From contig JACRHA010000056.1 of assembly GCA_016234185.1 (NCBI GenBank), forward strand, positions 5,553-69,552: a stretch of 64,000 nucleotides of DNA, written 5' to 3'. This document shows positions 40,103 through 50,430 of this stretch, in pieces. The translations under genes and the position numbers were made by a program. Each line of letters starts with the position of its first letter. Within the stretch, counting starts at the first letter, position 1. The notes under the pieces were generated by a model, which was given only the letters and a program-made list of their open reading frames with translations, searched no databases and had not been told where the DNA came from. The stretch is from Nitrospirota bacterium. Lineage in GTDB: Bacteria > Nitrospirota > Nitrospiria > JACRHA01.

Positions 40103-42133
40103 CTACCAGGATGCGACTTCTGCTGTCCCTATCCGGCCTGCTGCAACCAGACCCTCCTTTTGCCTTGCAGTCTTCTCATGCTGATCAGAATTAATCTTAA
40201 ATCTGCCGACTACCTCCATTAGTTCCCCGCCCATCCTGGCCAGTGTCTGAGAGGCCGACATGACGTTAGCCGCCCCTTCGGCGGTGCTCCTGGAAGCAGT
40301 AGCCACGCCGGATATGCTCTGGACCACCTCGCCCGTCCCTGTTGCCGCCTCCGCCATGTTCCGGCTGATATCTGTAGTTGTTGCTGCCTGCTCCTCTACG
40401 GCCCCGGCGATTGCCGTAGATATCTCGTTAATCTTGCCGACAATCTCTCTTATTTCATCTATGGCCAATACAGCGCCCCTGTTATCAGCCTGGATCGCCT
40501 CGATCTTCCGGCTGATCTCCTCTGTGGCCTTTGCCGTCTCCTTGGCAAGCTCCTTCACCTCGTTTGCCACAACGGCAAAGCCTTTGCCGGCCTCCCCCGC
40601 ACGGGCAGCTTCAATGGTTGCGTTAAGCGCCAGGAGGTTTGTCTGCTGGGCAATAGAAGTTATGACCTTTATTACCTTGCCTATCTCAATACTCGACTCA
40701 TTTAGTTTTGAAATTGTAGTATTGGTAGATTCGGCAACATTAACAGCCTGCGAAGTAATCCTGCCCGCCTCCTGGACATTTTTTGAGATCTCCTTGATGG
40801 TTGCCGTCATCTCCTCTGCCGCTGTTGCAACTGTCTGGACATTTCTGTTGGTCTGTTCTCCTGCCGCCGAGACGCTGCTTGCCTGGCGATTCGTCTCCTC
40901 TGAATTGGCGCTCATCTGCTGACTGGAGGCTGCCAGTCCCTCCGATGTGACATATATCCTTTTGGAGGTGTTTTCAATGCCCGCAAAGGTTTCGCGGAGC
41001 CTTACCACCATGGAACAGAAGGATCGGACAAGAGATCCTATTTCATCGTTCCCCCTGGCCTTAATCTCCACTGTCAGGTCGCCTTCTGATATCCTTTCCA
41101 CCACCCGGACCATCTCATACATCGGTCTGGTAATGCCCCTCATTAAAAAGTAGGTCAGAAAAACCGTAGCCATGAGAGAAACAAGGGTTATTATCATGAA
41201 GAGCATAAGACCAAGATTCGCACCCCTTTTTAATTGATCTGCATTTGCATTTATGTCATTCGAGAGCCTCTCTTCTACCTCTTTTAAGAGATTTATCTTA
41301 CCGGTCATCATTGTAAACCAATAGGCAGAATCAACCCCCAGATTCCCCTGGCTCGCTCTATCTATGGCAATCTTCCTCATCCTTGCGGTCTCATCTATAA
41401 ATTGACCCTGCATCTTATTTTTATAGAATTCCTTCTGCTCCTCTTTAGCAATCGATAAAAACTGATTTAAATAGATATCCTGGGCATTTACAGCGTAGAT
41501 GAATTTATTATATATCCCCTCTTCAAATCTGCCTACACCAAAGGTATTACTCATAGTAGCCCTTTCTACGCCTGCCTTCTCTTTTGACCTCAGGAAACTT
41601 ACATAGGCCAATATCTGGATTGAAAGCCCCGGATTGGCGCTTATCCTGGATATATGGTCTATTACCTTTAAAAAGGAGGCGTTCATATCTGTGTAATAAC
41701 CGATTCCTTCCCCGCCGGAGATATTAAAGGCATTAACTGAGTCCCTGTGCCCCCTTATTCTGTTAAGGTTATTGAGCGCCATTTCCAGGTCATTTTTAAA
41801 CCCGGCATCAAACCTGTTCCTGTTAAAACCCTTCATAAAATCATCCATGGCTTCTATCTTCTTGTCGGTATTGGACCTCTGGGTTCTAAGCTCTTCGGTA
41901 TATTTCGTCCCCTTGCTTCCCATAAATACACCTGTAGCGCCTCTTTCTTTCTGCGATTCATGCACAAACCCGCTTATCTTAACTACAAGGACAGACAGAT
42001 CCCCCAATCTCTCCATCTCGCCTGAAAGCCTCCATATTTCAGCGATCCCGGTTAAGGCAAAATAGAGGAGGGCCAGGATCGGGATAATAACCATCAGGAT
42101 GAGCTTATGCGCTATTTTTATATGCTTAAACAT
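40103..42133 (-). CDS. Methyl-accepting chemotaxis protein with an N-terminal NIT (nitrate/nitrite-sensing) domain and HAMP
   Basis: NIT-like region ([16 protein letters not shown]...), HAMP, and the conserved MCP signalling domain. Confidence 0.8.
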   Translation of the reverse strand: MFKHIKIAHKLILMVIIPILALLYFALTGIAEIWRLSGEMERLGDLSVLVVKISGFVHESQKERGATGVFMGSKGTKYTEELRTQRSNTDKKIEAMDDFMKGFNRNRFDAGFKNDLEMALNNLNRIRGHRDSVNAFNISGGEGIGYYTDMNASFLKVIDHISRISANPGLSIQILAYVSFLRSKEKAGVERATMSNTFGVGRFEEGIYNKFIYAVNAQDIYLNQFLSIAKEEQKEFYKNKMQGQFIDETARMRKIAIDRASQGNLGVDSAYWFTMMTGKINLLKEVEERLSNDINANADQLKRGANLGLMLFMIITLVSLMATVFLTYFLMRGITRPMYEMVRVVERISEGDLTVEIKARGNDEIGSLVRSFCSMVVRLRETFAGIENTSKRIYVTSEGLAASSQQMSANSEETNRQASSVSAAGEQTNRNVQTVATAAEEMTATIKEISKNVQEAGRITSQAVNVAESTNTTISKLNESSIEIGKVIKVITSIAQQTNLLALNATIEAARAGEAGKGFAVVANEVKELAKETAKATEEISRKIEAIQADNRGAVLAIDEIREIVGKINEISTAIAGAVEEQAATTTDISRNMAEAATGTGEVVQSISGVATASRSTAEGAANVMSASQTLARMGGELMEVVGRFKINSDQHEKTARQKEGLVAAGRIGTAEVASW

Positions 42134-42146
42134 CTACACTTCTCCT

Positions 42147-42286
42147 TTAGGAGCCTGTTGCACAAATGCTATTTATGCTTCGACAAGCTCAGCATGAACG
42201 GTAAAGTTTAATGATTTCAATACATGCTCCGCTCGCCCTGAGCCTGTCGAAGGGCAAAATTTGGTTTGTGCAACAGGCTCTTAGTT
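42147..42286. repeat. Foldback element: two inverted copies of an approximately 55-bp sequence (TAGGAGCCTGTTGCACAAA...CCCTTCGACARGCTCAG) separated by about 20 bp
   Basis: Left copy 42147-42205. The right copy, 42228-42286, is its reverse complement with few mismatches. It sits between the GGDEF-EAL stop and the MCP start. Confidence 0.5.
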
Positions 42287-42400
42287 AAGATTATTTTTAT
42301 TTCGCCATAACATTCTTGACATTGGCATAACATTCATAACCTGGTAATTACATAGATCGGAATAGATCGATTAAAACTTTAGTGTTTTGTTATGAGGCTT

Positions 42401-44059
42401 TCAGGTCATTGCCGCAACAGGATATTTTTTTCTGCTGCCTTCATTTGTCATCCTCTCTATAAATGCCGATAATGGGATCGGCCTGCTCATGTAATACCCC
42501 TGGGCTAAGTCACAGTCAAGCAAGACGAGTTTATCATATGTCTCTTTATCCTCCACGCCCTCGGCCACCACCTTCAAGCCCAGACTATGGCCAAGCTCTA
42601 TGACGGAGCGGACTATCTTTAAGTTATTATCATCCTTCATCATATTAATGACAAAGGATTTATCTATCTTTATCTCATCCACAGGGAGCCTTTTCAGATA
42701 ACCAAGTGAGGAGTAGCCGGTGCCGAAGTCATCGATAGAAAACCTGATACCCATGGATGTAAGATCGGTGATGATCTCCATGGCAAGCTTCGGGTCAGAC
42801 ATGATAATAGATTCAGTGATCTCAAACCTGACAGCGCCTGCTGTTATGCCCCAGGTCATGAGAAGCTTTTTTATCTGATCTAAAAGCTGAGGGTTATGGA
42901 GGCTCTTTACGGAGAGGTTTATTGCTACAGAGACCTCAATGCCTGACTTAAGCCAGCCCCTTGACTTGCTTAGCACATCTTTTAACACCCATAGTGTAAG
43001 CTCCTTAATTAATCCTCCCCTCTCTGCAAGAGAGATGAAGTCATTGGGAGGTATGACGCCTGATTTCGGATGCTGCCAGCGGACAAGGGCCTCAACGCCG
43101 ATGGTCTTGCCTGTCTTCAGGTCTATCTTCGGCTGATACAGGAGGAACAACTGGTCTTGTTCTATGGCATGGCGGAGCTCACCCATCAGGGCAAGGCGGG
43201 CGGGAGAATATTGGTCAAATTCGCTGGAGTAGACACAGACCCCGCTTTCTGTCCTCTTGGCCGCATACATCGCCATCTCTCCCCTTCTGATCAGGGTGTG
43301 CACATCCTCACCATGACCGGGGAAGAACGCGATCCCGATGCTTGATGAGACCTCAACCAGGAGATCCGCTACAGGAAAAGGTCTTTTTATCTCCCCTATT
43401 ATCCTTTCTGCCCCTATCTTGGCAGTATCTGTATCTGCCCCCTGAATCAGGACTGCGAACTCATCACCGCCTAAGCGCGCCACGGTGTGAGGATGCAAGA
43501 AGATCCCTTTTAGGCGGACTGCGACGCCCTGTAATATCAGGTCGCCATTATTATGGCCCAGGGTATTATTAATCTCCTCGAAGCGGTCCAGGTTTATCAC
43601 GATGAGGGCAAAGGATCTATTATCCATCCGCGCCCTGGTTATGGCACGGTCTATATCGTCATGCAGGGAAAGGCGGTTTGGGAGGTCCGTAAGAAGATCA
43701 TTGTAGGCAAGGTGATGGATCAGCGCATCCGACTGCCTCCTTCCAGTAATATCATTCGCCATTATTCTTCTCTGTCTGTCTATTGCGCCCTGGGCCCAGA
43801 ATCCAAAAATAGTAGTAATAGACATAATAACCAGGCGCATCCAGGCGTCCATTGTATCCAAGACAAATATCTGCCCTGAAAAAGTATTCTCATGAAATAT
43901 AAAGGCATCTACTGCAGAATCAAGCACCCAGAAGGAGATCCCAAGACCAACACCCAGCAGCCCATATTTTTTAGATATAATAAGGTTTAGTTTTTTTACC
44001 ATCCACCCCACCTCCTTAAAGCAGGCCCACATATCGATCTTATACAATAAGTATATCAA
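42401..44059 (-). CDS. GGDEF-EAL diguanylate cyclase/phosphodiesterase with N-terminal membrane sensor
   Basis: GGDEF (RLGGDEF) and EAL (EALVRW...) motifs. Confidence 0.85.
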   Translation of the reverse strand: MIYLLYKIDMWACFKEVGWMVKKLNLIISKKYGLLGVGLGISFWVLDSAVDAFIFHENTFSGQIFVLDTMDAWMRLVIMSITTIFGFWAQGAIDRQRRIMANDITGRRQSDALIHHLAYNDLLTDLPNRLSLHDDIDRAITRARMDNRSFALIVINLDRFEEINNTLGHNNGDLILQGVAVRLKGIFLHPHTVARLGGDEFAVLIQGADTDTAKIGAERIIGEIKRPFPVADLLVEVSSSIGIAFFPGHGEDVHTLIRRGEMAMYAAKRTESGVCVYSSEFDQYSPARLALMGELRHAIEQDQLFLLYQPKIDLKTGKTIGVEALVRWQHPKSGVIPPNDFISLAERGGLIKELTLWVLKDVLSKSRGWLKSGIEVSVAINLSVKSLHNPQLLDQIKKLLMTWGITAGAVRFEITESIIMSDPKLAMEIITDLTSMGIRFSIDDFGTGYSSLGYLKRLPVDEIKIDKSFVINMMKDDNNLKIVRSVIELGHSLGLKVVAEGVEDKETYDKLVLLDCDLAQGYYMSRPIPLSAFIERMTNEGSRKKYPVAAMT

Positions 44060-44079
44060 TTATTTGCAAACACACCAAC

Positions 44080-44913
44080 TTATGGCTGCATAGGAATGGT
44101 GTTCTTCTTATAACAAACACCCTTCTCCGTCTCAATACGGGTGAATTTGCCGGTAATACCGAAGGGAGTCTCGGCCCCGCCCAGAAAAAACACACCTCCG
44201 GAGGATAGGATATCGGCAAACTGTTCCATAATCCTGACCTTTGTATCTGCATCAAAATAGATAAGGACGTTTCGGCAAAAGATAACATCAAATATCCCGA
44301 GGTGTGAAAAGCCGGACAACAGATTTAATCGCCGGAATTCTACCAGCCTCTTTACCTCCTGTTTTATCTCCCATTCTGTCTTGCGCTGATTAAAAAAACG
44401 GGTCAGGTATGTAACAGGCAGGCCGCGCTGAACCTCATACTGTGAATAAATACCTGCCTTAGCCCGCGCAAGCGCCCCATCTGCAATATCTGTTGCAAGG
44501 ATGCCAATGTCCCATTGCCGAAGTGCAGGACCCATCTCGCAAAGCAACATAGAAATGGTATATGGCTCCTGACCTGTTGAACAACCTGCTGTCCAGATCC
44601 TGATCCTGCGGCCCTTTTCATTGGCCTTTAACAGATCTGGAATGACAACGCCTTTCAGGAGTTCAAAGGGTTTTACATCCCTGAAGAAGGAGGTCTCATT
44701 GGTCATCATGGCGTCTATAACCTTCTGGCGGAGAGGCTGAGATGGATGCTGTTTCATGTGCCGGCCAAGGTCATTGATCGATGGAAAACCTTCCTGTCTT
44801 GCTATCGGATCCAATCTGGTCTCAATCAGATAGGTCTTGGAATCATCCAGCGCCAACCCACTCTCCTTATGAAGGAGGGAGAATAAAAAGTTGAGTGTTT
44901 CTTGAGTTACCAT
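44080..44913 (-). CDS. cheR: Chemotaxis protein methyltransferase CheR
   Basis: SAM-binding IWTAGCSTGQEPY and a CheR N-domain. Confidence 0.9.
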   Translation of the reverse strand: MVTQETLNFLFSLLHKESGLALDDSKTYLIETRLDPIARQEGFPSINDLGRHMKQHPSQPLRQKVIDAMMTNETSFFRDVKPFELLKGVVIPDLLKANEKGRRIRIWTAGCSTGQEPYTISMLLCEMGPALRQWDIGILATDIADGALARAKAGIYSQYEVQRGLPVTYLTRFFNQRKTEWEIKQEVKRLVEFRRLNLLSGFSHLGIFDVIFCRNVLIYFDADTKVRIMEQFADILSSGGVFFLGGAETPFGITGKFTRIETEKGVCYKKNTIPMQP

Positions 44914-44928
44914 AGCCGATTTACACCT

Positions 44929-44995
44929 AAATAAAAGCCAAGGTTGAGGTTAAGGCTAAGGTTAAGGTTTCAGGTTTTCTCAGCCTCAACCTAAA
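44929..44995. repeat. aggttgagg...cctcaacct hairpin repeat (second copy of the family seen at 14551-14627), terminator-like between cheB and cheR
   Basis: AAGGTTGAGGTTAAGGCTAAGG...CTCAGCCTCAACCTAAACCTTAACCTGTTTT. Both copies end in AACCTGTTTT. Confidence 0.4.
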
Positions 44996-46064
44996 CCTTA
45001 ACCTGTTTTCTTGATACGCAGTCATCTATGGCGCTGCTTATCTGATCCAACGGTAATACACAATCCGCAAACCCGCCATTGATTACAGCCGACGGCATCC
45101 CCCAGACCACGCTACTGGCCTGGTCTTGTGCAAAAACCAGGGCACCCTGTTTCTTCATATCCATTACACCCTTATAACCGTCCTGTCCCATCCCTGTCAT
45201 GATGATCCCCAGGGCATTGGGTCCATAGACCTTTGCTACAGAACGGAAGAGTGCATCTACTGCCGGACGGCAGAAGTTCTCCGGGGGTCCCTGGTTTAAG
45301 GAGATCACAGCGCCATCCCCCCTATGCTGCAAGGTCATATGAAAATCTCCAGGGGCAATATAGACCACTCCAGGCTCTGGCTCCACCCCCTCATGCCCTT
45401 CAATAACCCTAAGGTCAGAGATAGTGTTGAGACGCTCTGCAAGGAGCTTTGTAAAGATTGGCGGCATGTGCTGAACTATCATAATAGGAACAGGGAATCC
45501 CTTCGGTAATACCGGAATTAGCCTTGATAAGGCCTCAGGGCCTCCTGTGGATATGCCAATGGCCACAACCCTGGGAACAGAGAGGACAGGGTGCAGGGGG
45601 TAGGGGGTATACCCTGTACCCTGTACCCTGTACCCTACCCCCTGACTAAATTGTTTGATCTTCGGGATCAACTCCGATGCAACACCTTTAAGGATATCTT
45701 TATATCCCTGATGGGTAATGCATGCAGGTTTGGCAATATAGTCATTGGCCCCAAGTGATAGCGCCTCGATAGTCTGTACAGCTCCGCGCTGAGTAAGGGA
45801 GCTGAACATGATCGTCCTGATCTTCGGGCAATTGGCCCGGAGTACGCGGAGCACACCGAATCCATCCATTTCCGGCATCTCGATGTCAAGGATAATAACA
45901 TCCGGGTTTAATTGACTGATACGCTGAATGGCAATAATACCGTTAGATGCGGTTCCAACAACTGCAATCTCAGGGTCTGATGAGAGGGCATCAGAGACTG
46001 CCCGCCTGACTACGGCAGAATCATCAACAATCAGGACTCGGATTGGTTCATTAATTGCAGCCAT
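44991..46064 (-). CDS. cheB: Chemotaxis response regulator protein-glutamate methylesterase CheB
   Basis: REC domain plus the methylesterase catalytic region (GISTGGP, IVQHMP). Confidence 0.9.
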   Translation of the reverse strand: MAAINEPIRVLIVDDSAVVRRAVSDALSSDPEIAVVGTASNGIIAIQRISQLNPDVIILDIEMPEMDGFGVLRVLRANCPKIRTIMFSSLTQRGAVQTIEALSLGANDYIAKPACITHQGYKDILKGVASELIPKIKQFSQGVGYRVQGTGYTPYPLHPVLSVPRVVAIGISTGGPEALSRLIPVLPKGFPVPIMIVQHMPPIFTKLLAERLNTISDLRVIEGHEGVEPEPGVVYIAPGDFHMTLQHRGDGAVISLNQGPPENFCRPAVDALFRSVAKVYGPNALGIIMTGMGQDGYKGVMDMKKQGALVFAQDQASSVVWGMPSAVINGGFADCVLPLDQISSAIDDCVSRKQVKV

Positions 46065-46431
46065 TTGTGATCCCGAGTATGGACAGCTTTTCTATTAGGA
46101 TCTCCCTTGTGAAAGGTTTCATTATGTATTCATTTGCCCCCTTGGCCAGGGCCTGGACGATCTTTTCCATCTGGTTCTCTGTTGTTACCATTATGATAGT
46201 GGGCCTCTTTACCGGGTCCCATCTCAATTTAATCGCGTCCAATAATTCAACACCATTCATCTCGGGCATATTCCAGTCTAACATCATTAGTCCGATATCA
46301 GGGTGGGCCTCCAATTGTTTCAGTGCGTCTTTTCCGTGAATCGCCTCCAGCGGCTCATGGCCCAGATCAGAAATCATCTTTCTCATAAGCCTTCTGACCA
46401 ACCCTGAGTCATCAACAATCAATACCTTCAT
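46051..46431 (-). CDS. cheY: Chemotaxis response regulator CheY
   Basis: Single REC domain (VDDS...LMMLDWNMPEMNG...K). Confidence 0.85.
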   Translation of the reverse strand: MKVLIVDDSGLVRRLMRKMISDLGHEPLEAIHGKDALKQLEAHPDIGLMMLDWNMPEMNGVELLDAIKLRWDPVKRPTIIMVTTENQMEKIVQALAKGANEYIMKPFTREILIEKLSILGITNGCN

Positions 46432-46498
46432 ATCAAACCCCTATTTCAAAAAAGATGTTCAAGTGAGTAGCAGAGAAAGATCCCCCTTATGAAATGAC

Positions 46499-48139
46499 TT
46501 AAGCAGCTCTTCTCTGAGAAACCTCATACAGACCCTCCCTTTGCTTGAATGACTTATCGTTGTTATCAGAGTTGATCTTAAACTTGCCCACCACCTCCAT
46601 TAACTCCAAGCCCATTTTGGCAAGGATCTGAGAGGCCGACATGACATTAGCCGCCCCTTCAGCCGTGCCCTTGGAGGCTGTTGCCACCCCGGCAATGCTC
46701 TGAACCACTTCACCTGTGCCTTTGGCTGCCTCCGTCATATTCCGGCTTATCTCATTGGTGGTCACCGCCTGCTCTTCGACTGCCCCTGCGATAGTCATTG
46801 AAATCTCGTTGATCTTGGTAATAATCTGCCCGATCTCCCCGATAGCCGAGACGGCCCCCCTGGTATCTGTCTGGATCGCCTCGATCTTCCGGCTGATCTC
46901 TTCTGTGGCCTTGGCTGTTTCTTTGGCCAGATCCTTTACCTCATTAGCCACCACGGCGAATCCCTTTCCTGCCTCTCCTGCCCTGGCCGCCTCAATGGTT
47001 GCATTGAGGGCAAGGAGGTTTGTCTGCTGGGCAATTGATGTAATAACCTTGATTACCTTCCCGATCTCAGCGCTCGATTCACCAAGCTTTGAGATAATGG
47101 CATTAGTCGATTGCGCAGCCGACACCGCCTGGGTAGTAACACTTGTCGCCTCCTGGACATTTTTCGATATCTCCTTGATTGTAGCCGTCATCTCCTCTGC
47201 CGCAGTGGCAACTGTCTGGACATTCCTGTTTGTCTGCTCGCCTGCGGCTGAGACTGAAGTTACCTGGCGGTTTGTCTCCTCTATGTTAGCTTCGACATGT
47301 TTACTGAATGCAGCCAGCTCTTCAGATGTTGTAGAGATCTGGCTCGAACCATGTTGAATACCGGAGATCATTTCGCGTAGCCCCGCGACCATAGCGGAGA
47401 AGGACCGGCTTAGCGCCCCGATCTCATCATTACCTCCGGCCTTCACCTCAATAGTAAGATCGCCGGCAGCAATCCTTTCAGCGACCGAGGCCAGGTTGCG
47501 CAGCGGGTGAACGATAGCCCTTCCCAAAAGGACCACCAGCGCCGTCCCGAGCAGGATTATTCCGATAGTGATCCAGAGGGTGATACCCTTGAAACTTTTT
47601 GCCAGCCGGCCCAGTCCCTCAATTCCGGTCTTAAAGGTATTGTCCTTACCCTTGGTATATTCATCGAGGCGCTGCCTGAGTTCAGTGGCTGTATTGCTGA
47701 ATTTTCCCGTTTCTTGTTCTGCCATGCCGATATTTTTTCTGGCCATAAGTGTGGCCGCGATCTTCTGACCCAGGTCAAAATATGTTTTATAAAGGGCTTC
47801 AATCTCGGCAAGCTGTTTACTATCCTCCCCTGACAACTTCTTTAGCCGCTCCAGCGCGGCCATAAATCCTGTTCCTATCTCTTTGGCTTTTTCAAGTTTC
47901 ATCTGATCATTAAAACTGATCGCCTCTGTAAACAGCTCGGATATCCTTTTTAAATCTTCTTCCAGCACTACGCCTTCTTTGTATGGGAGGTAAGCCTTCT
48001 CCTGGAGCTGAACTGCAAGAGAGAGCATCCGGACACCCCCTGAATAACTGTAAACGGCCAGCATCAGGAAGACGATCAACATTAAGACATAACTGCCGAT
48101 GATCTTGTGTTGGATTCTTAAGGAATTTATGTTAAGCAT
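46499..48139 (-). CDS. Methyl-accepting chemotaxis protein (HAMP plus MCP signalling domain)
   Basis: Its conserved signalling domain is near-identical to that of the MCP at 40103. Confidence 0.85.
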   Translation of the reverse strand: MLNINSLRIQHKIIGSYVLMLIVFLMLAVYSYSGGVRMLSLAVQLQEKAYLPYKEGVVLEEDLKRISELFTEAISFNDQMKLEKAKEIGTGFMAALERLKKLSGEDSKQLAEIEALYKTYFDLGQKIAATLMARKNIGMAEQETGKFSNTATELRQRLDEYTKGKDNTFKTGIEGLGRLAKSFKGITLWITIGIILLGTALVVLLGRAIVHPLRNLASVAERIAAGDLTIEVKAGGNDEIGALSRSFSAMVAGLREMISGIQHGSSQISTTSEELAAFSKHVEANIEETNRQVTSVSAAGEQTNRNVQTVATAAEEMTATIKEISKNVQEATSVTTQAVSAAQSTNAIISKLGESSAEIGKVIKVITSIAQQTNLLALNATIEAARAGEAGKGFAVVANEVKDLAKETAKATEEISRKIEAIQTDTRGAVSAIGEIGQIITKINEISMTIAGAVEEQAVTTNEISRNMTEAAKGTGEVVQSIAGVATASKGTAEGAANVMSASQILAKMGLELMEVVGKFKINSDNNDKSFKQREGLYEVSQRRAA

Positions 48140-48160
48140 TTCCCTACCCCCATTATATTT

Positions 48161-48595
48161 TTAGTCCCCTACCTCTATCGTTAACAGCACCTTAATTTCG
48201 TTATCTTTAGGGTCCACTTCATCCTTCCATATATACCCGATCCATCCGGCCTCCTGCTTAACAGATTCCATCACTGCACCTGATGATTTCTTTTTCACCG
48301 GCGGTACCCCGCCATCCTGAAAAATCCTCTTAATCCAATATCCCTTGTAACGGTCAATGGTGGTTCCCAATGCCTTTTCAAGGAATTTCTTCTCGATCAT
48401 CGACCCCTCCTGGTCGATCGGCCGGATCTTAACGCCCCCCTCCACTGTCTTTTCCCCCCGGTATACATCTTTCAACACCGCTATAGCAATGCTGCCTGAT
48501 GGATAGGCCTTATTCGCAATAATTGCCAACTCCCTGGCCTGTGCATTTTCATACAGAAGGAGGCCGATGGCTATAATCAATATCTTGATTTTCAT
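48161..48595 (-). CDS. Small periplasmic protein, possibly a PBP-like (PstS-type) substrate-binding domain fragment
   Basis: Signal peptide and ELAIIANKAYPSGSI. Weak family assignment. Confidence 0.3.
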   Translation of the reverse strand: MKIKILIIAIGLLLYENAQARELAIIANKAYPSGSIAIAVLKDVYRGEKTVEGGVKIRPIDQEGSMIEKKFLEKALGTTIDRYKGYWIKRIFQDGGVPPVKKKSSGAVMESVKQEAGWIGYIWKDEVDPKDNEIKVLLTIEVGD

Positions 48596-48653
48596 TCATT
48601 TTCTCCTTATCTTCATCTTCTTAGATCAGACTCCGGCTTGCACCCGTTGATCC

Positions 48654-49760
48654 CTAAAACGCTATTGCCCATTGGAAACCATACTCATTCCACTTCCCAT
48701 CCGCGCGGTCAACATCACGCCATTCGGCCTTAAGGGAGCTCCTATAGCTGAGGTTGTAGCGGAGCCCTAGAGTGGTCTTCCTGACATCCGTGCTTCCAAG
48801 TGCAATGAAATAGGGATCTTTATCGCTTTTCACAGACATATTCTCATGCAAAAGGTAAGGTATCCACCTATCGGCAATAGTATAGGAAATCAGGCCATAA
48901 TATGCATTACTGGTATTGGATCCGGCAGATCCGATATTGTCTTTATCTTTAATGGAAAAGTATTCGCCCATCAGGTCTATATTTCCCGTGGAGTAGATGA
49001 TGCTTGCGCCGATAATAGTCTGGTCTACATCAACAGCACTGATACCATTCACCGGAACAAAAGAGCTGTCACTCTCTATCCTTGCAATATGACCCTGGGC
49101 GCCCAGCTTAAGGCCTTCGACCAATGGGGATGAAAGCGTTACATTAAAGGCCACAGACTTTCCCATGGTGTTATCCGTAACGTTATTGGGTGAGATAAGA
49201 TTCGACTCTTCATCCTCCGAGGTCACCCTCGGACCATTTCCGACCATTACGCCATATTCTGCGATCAAGGGATCTCTTCTCGTCCTTCCGGAGAGATAGA
49301 GACCAACGGTATGAACCGGGAGGATCCCTCCGTCGTCTTCAAACAATAGAAATTCCGGCCGGTTGATAGTTGTCTGGAGCTGGACCCCATGGTGAAATGA
49401 GGTGTTCCAGAATCCCATAGGCGTATGGAAACGGCCCATATTTATCTGAAGGGCATCGCTGAATGAGTACCTCAAGATCATCCTCTCCAGGTCAACTATG
49501 GAGCCCCCTTCTATAACGAGCTCTACCAGGGCATCGATCTTATCCATATTATGAGCGACATAGAGGTCGAGGGTCCCGACTGTGAAATTTCCGTTCCTTC
49601 CCCCCTCTTCCCCGATGGCCCCGCAATCATCGTTTGTGCATTTGGTAAACGAGGCATCGGCAAACCCATTGAACTCAAAGGCATTGCCGTCTATCACGCC
49701 AATAAGGCAATGGACCGCTATCCAGGATGCCAGTATGATTATTCGCTTCATGAAAATCAC
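48654..49760 (-). CDS. Outer-membrane porin-like beta-barrel protein
   Basis: Signal peptide, beta-strand periodicity, C-terminal WAIAF. Confidence 0.45.
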   Translation of the reverse strand: MIFMKRIIILASWIAVHCLIGVIDGNAFEFNGFADASFTKCTNDDCGAIGEEGGRNGNFTVGTLDLYVAHNMDKIDALVELVIEGGSIVDLERMILRYSFSDALQINMGRFHTPMGFWNTSFHHGVQLQTTINRPEFLLFEDDGGILPVHTVGLYLSGRTRRDPLIAEYGVMVGNGPRVTSEDEESNLISPNNVTDNTMGKSVAFNVTLSSPLVEGLKLGAQGHIARIESDSSFVPVNGISAVDVDQTIIGASIIYSTGNIDLMGEYFSIKDKDNIGSAGSNTSNAYYGLISYTIADRWIPYLLHENMSVKSDKDPYFIALGSTDVRKTTLGLRYNLSYRSSLKAEWRDVDRADGKWNEYGFQWAIAF

Positions 49761-49825
49761 TCCTCCCTTTCTCTGAACCTAAATTGCTTTGTAATGGCCC
49801 CTTTTATTTCCACTCATGTTGGTCT

Positions 49826-50377
49826 TTATCCGGCAACCTGCACAATCGAATCGATATTAAGTGCCAGAAGCAGCCTCTCTTTGAGTTTATATACCCCATC
49901 TATAACCGATCCAAACTGCTCATCCAGTGTCTCAGGGGCAGACTCAAAAAGATCAGGGAGCACCTCGATGACATCCCCGATCTGATCCACCAGGAGATCC
50001 ACAGGCCCATCCATGGTCAAAACCACCAGACTCTTAGTCCAAAGACCCGGGGGGCGGGACGGGAACCCGAGCCTTGTCCTGAGGTCGATAGCTGTAACAA
50101 TATGCCCTCGAAGGTTGATAAGACCGGCAATTACCGGAGGCGCCAGCGGGACACGGGTCATATCCTGGACATTGAGAATTTCCTGTACCTTCTCTACCTC
50201 AACCCCGAGAAAATGATCATCCAGAAAGAACGTTGCATACTGACGGTTGTTTTCGTGGCGCCGGTCTGCCGTGGCAGACCGCTTTTCGAACCCACCAATA
50301 GGACCAAGGTCAGACTGACGTCGGTCTTCTCCCCTTGATATATGCTTTATCTGTTTGTCTGAGGATTGTAATGACAT
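49826..50377 (-). CDS. cheW: Chemotaxis coupling protein CheW
   Basis: YATFFLDDHFLGVEVEKVQEILNVQDMTRVPLAPPVIAGLINLRG. Confidence 0.85.
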   Translation of the reverse strand: MSLQSSDKQIKHISRGEDRRQSDLGPIGGFEKRSATADRRHENNRQYATFFLDDHFLGVEVEKVQEILNVQDMTRVPLAPPVIAGLINLRGHIVTAIDLRTRLGFPSRPPGLWTKSLVVLTMDGPVDLLVDQIGDVIEVLPDLFESAPETLDEQFGSVIDGVYKLKERLLLALNIDSIVQVAG

Positions 50378-50430
50378 AATCTGGCCGCCTCCTTAAATAT
50401 AGTCTTCGATCTTTTTCTAAACCCCCAACC

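Noticed and set aside
40260-40922. 220-aa plus-strand ORF, and a similar 213-aa ORF at 46716-47357
   Set aside because: Both are antisense to the highly conserved MCP signalling domains. They are Ala/Ser/Thr-rich low-complexity translations typical of the reverse frame of MCP genes.
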